Assembly: GCA_051294905.1 (NCBI GenBank)
Contig: CM119371.1
Span: 29,638,001 to 29,702,000, forward strand
Reading direction: 5' to 3'
Length of the DNA: 64,000 nucleotides
DNA from: Botryllus schlosseri
Taxonomy: Eukaryota
The position numbers and the translations under genes are program-made. This document shows, in pieces, positions 1 to 12,900 of this stretch. Below the pieces are notes generated by a model. It ran no database searches and was not told where the DNA came from. It was given only the letters and a program-made list of their open reading frames with translations. Each line of letters opens with the position of its first letter. Within the stretch, counting starts at the first letter, position 1.

Positions 1-843
1 AATGTCATATTTCACATTGCATAATTTTACTGCAAATGATCCCTGCAGACAAATATACCCAAAGCAACCCAGTTTGACGCACCAAGGACAGGGAATCAAT
101 TAGTTTTGATACGCGCGATCGATCAATATCGATGGCGCTAGCTTCTCAGTATATACATATCTTGTTAGAACGCATTAGCATCACATTTGCATTTAGCGTC
201 AACCGCGGAAGTAACATGAAGGATATTCCGGAGCGGGAAGATGAACATTGTCATTCTAAATATCAAACAAGTCTGAGCAGACACAGAGTGGTCTATCTAC
301 CATTACCTTGTCTAGTACACATGCTCTTTTCTCATGGAGTGGTACCGTACCGTTTCATAGATGCAATGCAAACTATTTAAGTTCAGCGGACTTATGTACA
401 AAATCGACCATATTGGAGCCTGTGCTTGAACTGAAAGCAGTAACGTATATAAAATGTGACTGACTCTCGGTTTTTGCTATAATGCTGGATTAATTACGAT
501 CACTAATCCAATTTGCCGAGATAGAGATTCACCTACGGTGTTTTTCTAATGTATCGCACTTTTGTAGCAAATTTGAATCTTATAACGAAGCCGCATTTTA
601 GCACAGTCTTCTCGACATGCATTTTGTTATTCTTAAGCGGATAATAGAGTACTTGTTGAATATATGACAGAAAATAATCAGATATCTAATACAAGTAATT
701 CAGTCGACTATGTACTCGACAGTAGCTATGACAACGTCGTAGAAGATTCGCATTCCTACAATGCAATGCCAGACAATGTTACGCGTAAAGATACCTGTAG
801 TAATCGCTAGGTAAATACGGTGTATGGAATCACACTACTATAC

Positions 844-998
844 CTGATAATTGAATAAAACCCATGATACAGACTGGCATCCAGCAAAGAAAATCAGATA
901 CAATAATCCTGGTGAGTTTACGTTGCATTGCAGCACGCCGTTTGTTTTTGTTGCTACCCACGCATGAAGATTTTGGGACCTTCCTATTGTTTGCCTTT
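844..998 (-). CDS. GPCR exon: ICL3-TM6
   Basis: KANNRKVPKSSCVGSNKNKRRAAMQRKLTRIIVSDFLCWMPVCIMGFIQLSG; acceptor tttaacAG, donor GTatag; LGR/RXFP-type SDFLCWxP motif. Confidence 0.92.
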
Positions 999-3900
999 CT
1001 GTTAAATACGATTCCACATTTTAAACTCTTCATAAATAATATTGCAATTTACAGCGATGCGATAATATATGCAGCTTGTACACTTCTATGCTAAGTTATC
1101 GTGGAATGCTATGAGCACAACGAAATGACTATATTTATTGCATATTTATCGCCCTATAAAAGAAGTTTCGTAAGGATATATCGAAATTTATCACCCCACA
1201 CGATAAATGTTGTACGACGCATCGTGCAATAGCTTAGGAAATATTTCAGTTATAGTCGACAACTCTGGATAAATAGTTAAATATTTTGATTCAATCGTGA
1301 AATACGATCATGCCTAGATATTGCTTTACTAAAAATATTGCTTTCGGCTAAATCTTTTCTTGTACTTATGCAAATGAAAATATATGTATTTGGGACTTGT
1401 AGGATATAAAATAGATCATTGCAAGTTCTCTTCTAGAATCATCTGTCACAATATACCGAACCATAAACGCAGTTGTTCAACCTTGCTCCGATAGAGTAGT
1501 TTGTTTGTCTTATTCACAACATTGGCGCTCATCAACTCATTAGGTCATTTGCGCCCACATAATAATTTTAGTAAGTAGTCTTTCGATGTATATTAGTCAG
1601 ATTACGGACTACTTCCATTCACACGCTCTTCTACCATCGGTCTCTATCGGTTTCCGTGCGTCCGTGCCTTGTCCTTTTGCTGCCAATTTCCGGCTCGGCT
1701 CAACTTCATTCTTTGCTTTTCGCAAACATTTTTGATATTTCTAATAAACCTCTTTCGGACAAGACAATGCCAATAAAAAGGGATCCTTATTGTGGGTATA
1801 TAAAAAACGTATTTACACTGTACCTGTACAACGCGACGTAGCACACGAGCATGAAGAAAAATGCAAGGAAGTTGATCAACAGCAGAACAAACGAGTACAT
1901 CCATGATACGTCGTCTTGGTCAGGAAACAGCGTGGGGAGGCAAACGGTATGGGTGGAATAGAATCCGAATTCATATTCCGGTTTTATGGGATTGCTTGGA
2001 TTGATCTGAGACATGAGTCCTCTCAATTTACTCCATTCCGTGCTTCTGTGTGAATTATTGACGATTTCTGAGATTTTGCGAATGTGATTGTTAAGTATGG
2101 ATGTGATTACGTGTCAACATCGTCTTGCGCTGTTCCGTTGTTCATCAAACGAAGCCAATTTATCAGATGTTTCTTTTCCGTTTGATTGACTTTTGTTTTG
2201 AACATCAGGGTGTCGTTGAACCTATGAAAAATCGAGATAGCTGAATTACTGATATGCTACATTTAAGCTCATTTTTCTCAACACAACATTATCCTGTCAG
2301 AGATTTTATCAAAAAGAAACCGTTTCAAAAATTATTTCATGCAACGAAGCCACTTTCAATGCAAACGATATGGAACTGGATTGTTTATGTGGGAATTCAG
2401 TCAATTTTCTTCTGCACAGTCGAGGTGTTTTCAAGACGGAGGTGCGAAGGAACCATCTTACACGGTTATCAGGTACGCAGCACTATTCTTCCTGTCCACA
2501 CTATCCAGGAGTGCTTAGCGACCAACAGGCAGCCACAATACTAGATTTGACTTACTACCTACCTCCCGATCAAGAATACGCTCTGTCATTATGCCACGTC
2601 GTTGGTCCTATTTATTTAGTTAATATAGACCAGTGGTCGGGAACCTTTTTCGTCTGAAGAGCCATGTTAGCCCTATATTTACCATTTTAACTCCCAAAGA
2701 GCCATACATGTCAATCTATTGTTACGTCACAATTGAGAATTCGTGACGTCATGGTAGTACTAATTCAAGCTCACTACATGTGACTCGTCGTGGGCGCCAT
2801 ATTTTCACTGTAAAAACTCGTAGGCTACTAATCATCCTGTGATAGCGCAATTCATCGTAAATAGCTAATGGTATATAATTCATTATACTACTTTAAATTA
2901 CTGTAGCTCTGATTCCGAAAATCTTAATATTGATCGACTTCTCAAATCGGCGGTAACATAAACGTTGCACTACACCAGTGGTTCTTAACCTTTTTTCCTC
3001 CAGCGCCCTCTTTCCAAAATTATCGTGCCCTAGTGCCCCCCACTCCATATTGTAAGGACTGTAATAAAGACAATGGGTAAGAGGTCGGGCTGTAACAGCA
3101 CATCGTCAGCCCCGCTAAAAACGATTGTTCTGCGCACCCCAAGCGCGACAAAACAAACTTCGCGTGATTTCGATGATTAGCAAAGTTTGTGTGACCAGGT
3201 CGACCTAGGCGCCAAAATTGTCTATAATGCATGAATGAATAGGAGGTAATTGCATATAAATTACGCTATTAACTTTTTATCCTATCAACCAACGTAGTCA
3301 GATTTACCAGTAGCGCCGAGTGAGCTATTGTATTGGAAAATGAAGGCCACGTAATTAATAATTAAACATATTCGGGCGTGCCCGTTGCTACAACTACTTC
3401 GTTACATGTTGTTATTTTGTTACCTATTGTCCGCTATATAGCACTGTTGGGATGACTCGAGTCAGACTCGAGTCACCTTTTCGTATGACTTGACTTGACT
3501 CGAGTCACTTAGCTAAAATTACTTGACTTGACTTGACTCGGCGTATCAAAAATGCGGATTGACTCGTGACTTAGAGCAAAATTCACGAGTCAATTTCGAG
3601 TCATCAAGCAATCGATGTCGATCAAAATCATCGTATCTTGAATATGTTCGGATTGTACGCGAAACGCTGGTGTAACCTATGAGAGCGACCAATCATTCAC
3701 TGATCGTTCGGTCTCTCACAAATAAATTGATCGCAAACGAAGTGATCGAAGCTTACAGCTTACGTTGTCGTAAACTAGTATAGTAAAGTAATTTAATAGC
3801 AGAATGTCTATTTCTGTTCTCTGTTCTTAACTTAACCAAACCTTTTGCTTTATTGAAATTGAATTCCAATATAGTGCGGAGGTTGGAATTGTATCATATC

Positions 3901-6900
3901 AATTTGCAAACGGGTAATTTATCGCATCTTATCAATTCGTTTCTCTATTCTCTATTTTGCAGTGGCGGCTCGTGACAATATCGGGTGGTGGGGCAAGGGC
4001 TGCGAGCGACTTTTATCAACATGACGTCACAATGGCGTTTTCCAACGTAAAAAAGTAACTTTATGATGGTCACATGAATTTCCCGACAACAGTGATTTTA
4101 ACGTAGGTGCCGCGAGAGGTTTGCCGGTGAGCCGTGACTTGAAGTGTGGTAACAAATGTTTTATTCATTTCTTTTTAATCAAAGGATTATTTTACAAAAT
4201 GTACGTGAACTAAGAATCGTCCCTATGCCACGAATCAAGTATCAGGTCATCCTTAGTAGCATGCGTTTTGATTTCATGGTAGAGTTATAGATTACGCAAA
4301 TCGATAGACCCTAAAATCCGACTGTCACCCCAAATTCGAAATCCGGATCCAGTCCGGCCAGGTAAAAAAACATTGAAATCCTGCTCCTGAACCGGACTGT
4401 GGCCATCTCTGGTTACGACCAGGTGATAATAGGCAACCAAAGCGGAGGCACCCGGCGTACGATTGGATCAATAGACTGGACAACTTCTAGACCTCTCATT
4501 TTCGCTCTAAAGGCAACTGCGTAAACTACGTACGGAATAAAGATTCAATACGATTCATGTTCGCACTTGACTTGACCTGACTAATTCCAATGACTAGAAC
4601 TCGAAAGATTGCGTAAGCCTAACTGGAAAGGTCAACGAGTTCGGACACATACGCAATTGTTATCTCATAGATTGGGCCTGTCATATTGAATCCAGAACAT
4701 CAATTTGAATGGTCTTTGAAGAACTAAGGACAGCAGCCTCGGAACTTCGGTCTCGGAACAACGTAGGACATTTTGGCCTTGAAACTGGAGACTGTGACAC
4801 AACACATACGGCTCACTGTCTATAAGTCTGCTGCGAAATCGCCGTTGGAAAATATATTAATATATAAATACATGAATAAAAGCCGTAACTTAGTATACTG
4901 TTACAAGAAATCATCGAGAAGTAGCATACGTAATCTCATAACCCATTCCGGTATGGTACACTGTCAAAATCAATGCAAACAGACGAACACCGAACTTTGA
5001 GTAAAATAGATCGAGGAATAGGCTGATCGAATGATCAGCTGTTAGCCGACATCGAAAATGAAATAGCTATCGCAATTGACAGGGGATTGTAAGCAAATGG
5101 TTTGAAGGCCACAATTTCACAGTGAAATGGACATTGGCGAACATAAAATTATGCGAATACTTGAATGCAAACCGAGAATCTTGGTTAGCTGTTTCATGCG
5201 ATCATCGAGATATACCATTGGAAATATCATCACCGATCTCGTTATGGAACGCAGACTATAGATTAGCACAGACCGACACCGGCTTTTGCGTGAGATCCGC
5301 AATGACGTAGGTAGGCTAAGTATCAGATCAGCGCGCATCTCTACCATACTCGACCTCGAAAACGAAATAACTGCCTCAATCATTGAGTGTCAACTTTAAG
5401 ACTTGGCACCGCGTTCGATACTAAAATCAAGACATACCGTGTGAAAGCTCATGACAGATCTAGGTATGGAACATCGTTAAAATCAATAGAGACCAATAAC
5501 GGCTTTTGCGTAAATTTGTTGGCGATAAATGAAGAGTCAGCTCTTACTCGAAACGAAATTACCACCCACATAGTTCAGTGACAAACTTAAAACTTGTTAC
5601 ATCGGTCGATACTAACACTTACCGTGCCAAATGTCATGACCGATCTCGGTATAGAACATCGTCAAAATCAATGGAGACCAATACCGGCTTTTGAGTAAAA
5701 TCCGTTTGCTGTACTATGTACATGATAGATCAGCACACACTGAACTTCGGAAACGGAATTACTACCATTATCTTTAAGTAGCAAGCCTAAAACTTGGAGC
5801 AGTGTTAAATACTACCTTCACGACATATCATACCAAGTTTCAAGAATTACCATGGTGCGAAACATCGTCAAAATCGACCTATACCAGCAAAGGTCGACTC
5901 AACGCATATTACGGTAACCGAGTTCAGATATAGATACGATTGTTACATCACACCTTAAGGGCGAGTAGGCATATTTGCCCCGGTTGCTCGGCCATTTTAC
6001 GAATAGGAGAGAGTAAATTACCGTTTCTTTATTGTGCGCGGCTTTGAGAGAATAGATAGTGAAAGCTTGTTATGAGCGCTACCGTGGCAAGCCCCGGCTA
6101 GGCATTCACAAAGCGAAAACACAGAAGAGAATTCGATTTTCGCAGAGACTTCGCTATGTATGGGCGTTTGCAAGCGAAAGCACAAGAAGAACGCGGGTTT
6201 CGCTGTGATCTCGGTATATATTGATTGCTGTGCGTCTATAAATGGTTAAATTGTTATTGAACAGAATTTTAGGTGGGGCAATGCCCCAGTTGCCCTATAG
6301 GACGAGCCGCCACTGCTATTTTGGCTGGTAACTATAATCCGAGGCTATGCAATTACTTACGTAGTTAAGCATTTCTGCGTGTATGTAAGCAATAAAGCGC
6401 CTTCTTTCGTTTATGTTTACCTCTATATTCGTTCATAGGTCCAGAATCAATAACCACTCAATCTGTATTTCAGACAGCTAGCAAAATGCAATGACGTAAG
6501 CATGCCTCATACTTCGAAATGACAACTTGACTTGAATTGGGACTTGACTCGTGACTTCACTTGACTTGACTCGACTTGACTCGAGTCACCTCCAAAATTC
6601 GAGTGACTTGACTTGAGTCGAGTCAAAATGTGCAATGACTCGTGACTCGAAGGTAGTGACTTGATCCCAACACTGCTATATAGTTAAAAGATATTGAAAC
6701 GCATAAACGTATTAAACTATAGTAAGCACATGATTTAAAATTGGTATCTCTTCATTGGCAAATGATTTTTCTCTGATGGATGTTATTTATCTTGTGGGGT
6801 GCAGATTACAACAACATGATAATTCGGCATGAACGATTTAAACACCTATGGACAATTAGACATATATATACATCGAAGTTTACGGTCAATATAAGGGCAA

Positions 6901-9900
6901 TCTTTTTGATGTGTAATTTATGGTAATGCACCGAAATAGTTTAAGGCACCCTTCGAGAACCCCCCCCCCCCTCTGATTGGGGTTTGAGTTGTAGCAGTTT
7001 CGGTTCTGTTGAGAGGTCAAAGTCCAGTCGGTCTTTTCGGAAAGGAAAGGAGGTAGTTCATTAGTTCATTTTTGTCCTTAATGTTTTTGCGCCATATACA
7101 CCGACTCACGATATATATACATACGATTGGGACGTTATAAATATTGTAGATATTTTGCGCTTTAATCGCGCTCGAGGACCCCCACTCGACTATCGCAAAC
7201 CATATAACAATTGTATGTGGTATAGTCAGGGTCTTAAAGAACAATCAGGTACGGTCTCATACCCTATGATTCGAACCATCACGAATTCACATCATTTAGT
7301 AATATTGTAAATATTTTACGCTTTAATCGTGCTCGAGGACCACTCGACAATAATAAACCATATAATAATTGTATGTGGTATATTCAGGGTCAAATCAGGG
7401 TTGGTATACGAACAATCGGGTACGGTCTCATACCCTGTGATTCGAACCATCCCGAATTCACATCTGCGAGTGGCAATACGGGGAAATTGATGGTATTGGA
7501 TCTTGTTTTAGTGTTTTCTGCGACTAAGTAAGTCAACTGAGAATGGAATTCATATATCTGCCACATGGAATTTAGCACTGTAACAAGTTATTAATTTTAA
7601 CATGAATGTGTTCCAAACAAAGCAACCCATACTATATAACATACATTTGGGGTTGTGGGCCACAACAGTAGATAGCATCATCCTTTATGATACGATGAAA
7701 AAATATTCTGACAATATAATTTTGTAGCTCTCAAATACCAGTATAGTAAGTCATTCATTTCGAGCACAAAGCTTCAAATATATTTTATGTTTATGAGGGT
7801 CTCACTCTCAGAAGTGATATACAGTGCCTCCTTCTTCGATTCCCTTACGCTGTGCGCTGCAGGACATAATACAGAGCTCGAAACATTTTGTTGAAAATAA
7901 CCCAAGCAAGCCTGACGTTAATGTTTTAACGTGAAATTGGCCATCTGAAGTACTCGCAATTCATTTTACATGAATTATAATAACCCATTACATTCATGAA
8001 AACATATGAAGCAAACATCGGCGCGCAGCGCGACCAAAAATTTCGAGATTTAACATGTTTTGTAGAATGTTAATTTGCTCTGAATACTCATTAAGGATAT
8101 GTCGTATAACTACATCATCTACTGCGAAGCCATTTTTCTTCAGCGCCCCCCATATCGCCCCCTGAGCGTTTCTGCCCCTTCAAAATCGCCAAGGGGCGCT
8201 GGAGGCAAGGTTAAGAACTAGAGCCCGACCGATTATCGGCTCGCCGATAATATCGAGTCGATATCACGGTTGGAGAGAAATATCGGTATCGGCCATTGGA
8301 GGTAAAAAAATATCGGCCATTTTCGTGACGTCACAACATGGTGGCAGTGAGTCAGAGAAGATGTGAAGTCGGTAAATTATAAAAATAAATGGTCAAGCTG
8401 CATATCGTGCATACTGCATACAGGGCAGTAGGCGTGCCTATGTGAAAAATATTATAGATCACTAACCACCGTTATGCCCCACTGACTTCGTGGGAATCCC
8501 CCTGCAGTGATCGATCACCAAAGACAGAGAGCAGCTGGATGGATAGTCGTCTGCAGAAGATCTCAATCACTAAGAGAAATGAGAACTTCAATCATGCTGG
8601 ACTGACCCTCGGGATGATAGAGAAAAGCGTCGCGTCGAAACATTTCTCTGAAGATAGTGCTATTGGTTCGGTACCAACAGCGAGAATTATACCAGTAATG
8701 TATGAAGTCGTCTGACTGAGGCCTACGGGGCCACCATGATAGGAAATATGCGAGCATAGAGGGCAAGAAAATCAAGCAACCGTAGAGTAAAGCCAGTAAT
8801 TGCTACGAAAATTTTTGATTCCATGATGGCATTGGCCAATTCTGGCAAACGAGCGTGAAATATTGATCAATTGATTGTTGAAATGCTGATCATGGTCAAG
8901 ACCCAAGGGCGATGGGTGGAGCAGTTGCAGACGTGGACAATGTGAGTTGTTTTGCACATTTTCTTTAGCTATTTGTTATTGATGTGCTGAAGGCTCCTGG
9001 TGCACTGCCAGAAGAATATCAATATTTGGTGGAACCATTGAAGGAAAGATCCCCTGCAAGGAAGCGGTGGAACCGAAATGAAGAAAGATTTACAATTGCT
9101 GTGTCACTAACTATGGTACCAAGTGAAAGACTGCTCACTGTGTTTAGTACTATATACATCATTTATTAAGACCACAGAAGTGCACTCCTTGGAGAAAGGG
9201 CCGAGAAATTGTGCTTCGTGAACTGTAATCTGCAACTGCTGGACTGGTGCTTTTGATATATTTTTATGGCTCCTAGATCATTTATTTCATGTTCAAGCAT
9301 ATCAATGGCTGTCAAGTTGTTGAAATGAATGCTCTGAGGTGTTAAATATGGGTCTTGAGCTAGATTCCATATCTTTTGAATATCGGCTGAATATATCGGG
9401 GTGATCGGTGAAGGTACTGGATATCGGTCTTATCGGTATCGGCTCAGAAATCCAATATCGGTCGGGCTCTATTAAGAACCACCGCACTACACGCTTACAT
9501 TTTAACGTCAGTACTAGAATGCTACTTATTAATTTGGACGTGGATAGCGAAAGTTGTTTGTAATTTGGATTTGTATTTGGAATGTCACTTCCAGGACAGT
9601 TTATTTCTCGGCGTAGATCAGGAAGACAATGTGTATTTGAAAACTAGATTGCCATATAGGCGTCCCCTTGTCTGCTATTCTCTTGATCAATCAACGCGTG
9701 GTGCAATCCGAGATTACGCAGCGCCCGATGCTGAGTACATCGAATTCGCGAGAGATATTGGCCGCTGGCGCTACAGCAACTTAAAGTTGAGGATTTCGCA
9801 AAGGGGTCCGAGCCCTTAAGCCTGGATACGCCACTGCCTTGACCACTCAAATACATATGTATGCTGCCACGAGAATAATTATTCTGGTCGTTAAGAAAAT

Positions 9901-12900
9901 TTACTAACAAGTTGCTTCAATATCGATAAAACTAAGTACAAAATTAGAAATATGTCTAAGAGCTATATCTTATACCCAAACGAGCCATATATGGCTCCCG
10001 AGCCAAATGTTCCCGACCACTGATATAGACTATAGAACTACGATGGTCAATTATGTATATCTTACATCGAGCTCAAATCACATTCCGTCGAATTCTATTC
10101 TATGTTGAATCAGTAAAACTTTTCGATGAACAGTGAACTCATTAGGTGAACCGTAGCATACGACGTTCAACATCAATATCGACTAAACCAGTGGTCCTTA
10201 AACGCCCAGGAAGCGATATGGGGGGAGCTTGCGTCAGGGGGCGATATGGAGGACGCTGAAAAAATGCAGTCTCAGTAAATGGTGTACTAGTGTAGTAGGG
10301 GCGTTATTATTAGGGATTATCTAGTAGAACGTTATCTCCCTGAGTTATCATTACAAATTAACAGCCGACAAAATCTGTTGGATCCCGTAATTTTTAGTAG
10401 CGATGCGCGCGAACATATACCGTTTTTTTTCGCAACGAGTTCCCATATGAATGCAGTGGTTTACTATAATTCGTTTAAAATGAATTCCACGTACTTTTAG
10501 ATCGACAATTACCCGTTAAGACACTCTTTTATCGCCGGATCGGGTTATTTTGTACAGGATGTTTCGAATTGAACCCAGCAGCTCACAACGCGCCGAAATT
10601 GAATAGGCACTGTGCTACTTCTGTTAGTCAGAGCCTTTTGTACTTGATAGACATTCTCTGAAGTTTTTTCGCCAAATGATCAACAAAAAATGCGTGTATT
10701 TGAGAGCTACAACATGAGATTTTCAGAATATTTCTTCATCGTATGATGGAGTATTTTACTGTTTAGTGATGTGACCCACAAGCTAATGTTCCCCTCAAGC
10801 TTCGCACGTGCGCAATTGCGCAGTGCTGAGACGGCCTCTGCGCACAGGAAATCTAAACTGCCCCCGATAAATCCGAAGTGATGACTTTTTTATAGTCGTT
10901 ACGCACTGTTGTCCATCGGACCGCGCAGTGAGTTGGTGAGTGCGCGCAGACTCGTGAAAAATTGGAGAGAACACTGCCACAAACTCACCTGAAGGTTATA
11001 TATTACGGATTAATTTATTGGAACAAGCCCTACATTCATGTTGAAGTTAATAACTGAGTGCATTACTATTTCAATGTGAGTGAGCAAAAAACTTTGCCAC
11101 ATTCTCAATTGATTTACTAGCTACCAAGTCAATGAATTATAACCCAATACTATTAACTAGCCTATTGTCAATCGGAGAGGAGAGGTGAGTTCGACCTCTA
11201 ATCCATTGCATTCTACTACAGTCTTTAAAATATGGTGGAGTTGAACGTAGCCTATAGGCAATTTTTGAAAGGGGGAGCTCGAGTAAAAATGTTACAAACT
11301 ACTGGACCAAACTATCGGAAGAGGACATTTGCAGATTCGTCCTTGATGTTTTGCGTCATACCCATGTTGCCTATAGTAAAACCATGATACACATACCCAC
11401 GATCTATTCTACTGCATACGAAATATCCATACCATCTGTGTGTGATATGCATATGCCGCTAGATAAGGAAGGTGCTGAGATAGCCTTGTAACGCCTTACT
11501 AGTTTGGAACTACAACGTTCTTCTGACCCGTCCTGGGACCGAATCCATGGCCGTCTATTCAAGAAGCCGGACGCTCCGGCATTCCGTCGTGTTTTATTTC
11601 ACTTTTAATCATGATATATGTATGAAATTAAATAACCATGCTAAGGAATCCCTGTATTTACGCTTGGTCTAGAGAAGATTGTTCCTCGCACGGTTTCGCG
11701 GAGACGTCAGCATTTGGGAGGAATTCCTGGTGTGTCAAAAAGCCCAGAGTGACAATCGTTCAGCCGAGTCAGGATGTCGACAGCAGAGACGAAGATACGA
11801 GTACATGAAAGACGAGAGTAACCGACGGTGAAAGATCGCCCAGAAGATTACGAAAAGTGAAGAAGACAATGACCATTACACATGTTACAGTTGTGGCGCA
11901 TGTGACGTTATCAGGCGACAAGCGTCACTGATATGTCAGTAAAACAAACAAACAAACTTACGATATATATTTCAGAAAGTAATCTTCGACAGAACTGATC
12001 ACCGGTATGCATCCAAGCATAATAGACATAATCCAGGAAATCGCGATTGCTATCATTGCTCTCTTTATGTTCGGAGTTGAAAATGGTCTATAATCAATGA
12101 AAGCATATATGACCTCCGAAATGCTAGAAACTGTCGATTTTAAATTTCTAACATGGAGTTAAAAAGCAGGGCTGCGGAGTCGGAGTCAACAGAGTCGGAG
12201 GTTCGCTCATTTTACTTTGATGGTGTCGGAGTCTCTTTCTAGAATGCATTGGAGTCGGATTCGTGAAAAAAAAAATCCTGACTGGAGTCGGAGTCGGCGC
12301 TTGTAAAAGTGCAATCGACTCCGACTCCAACTTCTTTAAAATGAAAACAAATGCTTTCAAAGTTCTCTTAAAATTGCTAATAACAAATAAAATTAGGTTT
12401 GTACGTACCAACAATCACAGTTATTTGTAACTTTATTGATAAAGCTGGACATTTATTGCAAATTGTAATTCAATTGGTTAGAGAAAAATTTCAACCAAAT
12501 CACGACCAACACAGAATTACGGATGCAGTCACAAATTGATTCATTGTTTTTGGAATTATACCATGATATTATGAAAAAGTGAATACATCGTCTGGTTTTG
12601 TAAGTAACAACATCACTCGTAACATTGATGAAAATATAACCAAACACTGCTTCTCACTTGATAAAATCTAATGTATTTATAGTAAATAGCTCAGCCATAT
12701 GGATTGAACAAATGTTGAGAAAGGGTGCAATATCCCTAGTCCATGAATACCTGACTAAGTGCATATAGACCAGTGATGCTCAACCGCGCCTCTCAGAGCC
12801 ACATGCGGCTTCAAGGTAGCCTTCTTGGGGCTCTGATTGACCTCTAAATATGCCATAATATACAATAGACGACAGTAGTGTGCCGCAACAGATTACTCCA

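Larger units (their letters stand above)
3442..6675 (-). mobile_element. hAT MITE family D (GACTT/GACTC arrays), nested in B
   Basis: TIR CA(C/G)TGTTGGGAT; TSD CTATATAG (3434-3441, 6676-6683); homologous to 27655, 51830 and 62827 copies. Confidence 0.9.
2976..9484 (+). mobile_element. hAT non-autonomous element, family B, nested in A
   Basis: TIR CAGTGGTTCTTAACCTT; TSD CACTACAC (2968-2975, 9485-9492); right TIR split by element C. Confidence 0.85.
2631..10022 (+). mobile_element. hAT non-autonomous element, family A (about 0.9 kb native), outer shell of a nest
   Basis: TIR CAGTGGTCGGGAAC / GTTCCCGACCACTG; perfect TSD ATATAGAC (2623-2630, 10023-10030); both halves match the uninterrupted copy at 59133-60045. 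Confidence 0.9.

Noticed and set aside
1..843. Search for the TM7 exon (an INP-like match near 480-500)
   Set aside because: A stop follows immediately and no credible LPxNSxxNP exon was found; TM7 is probably outside the window.
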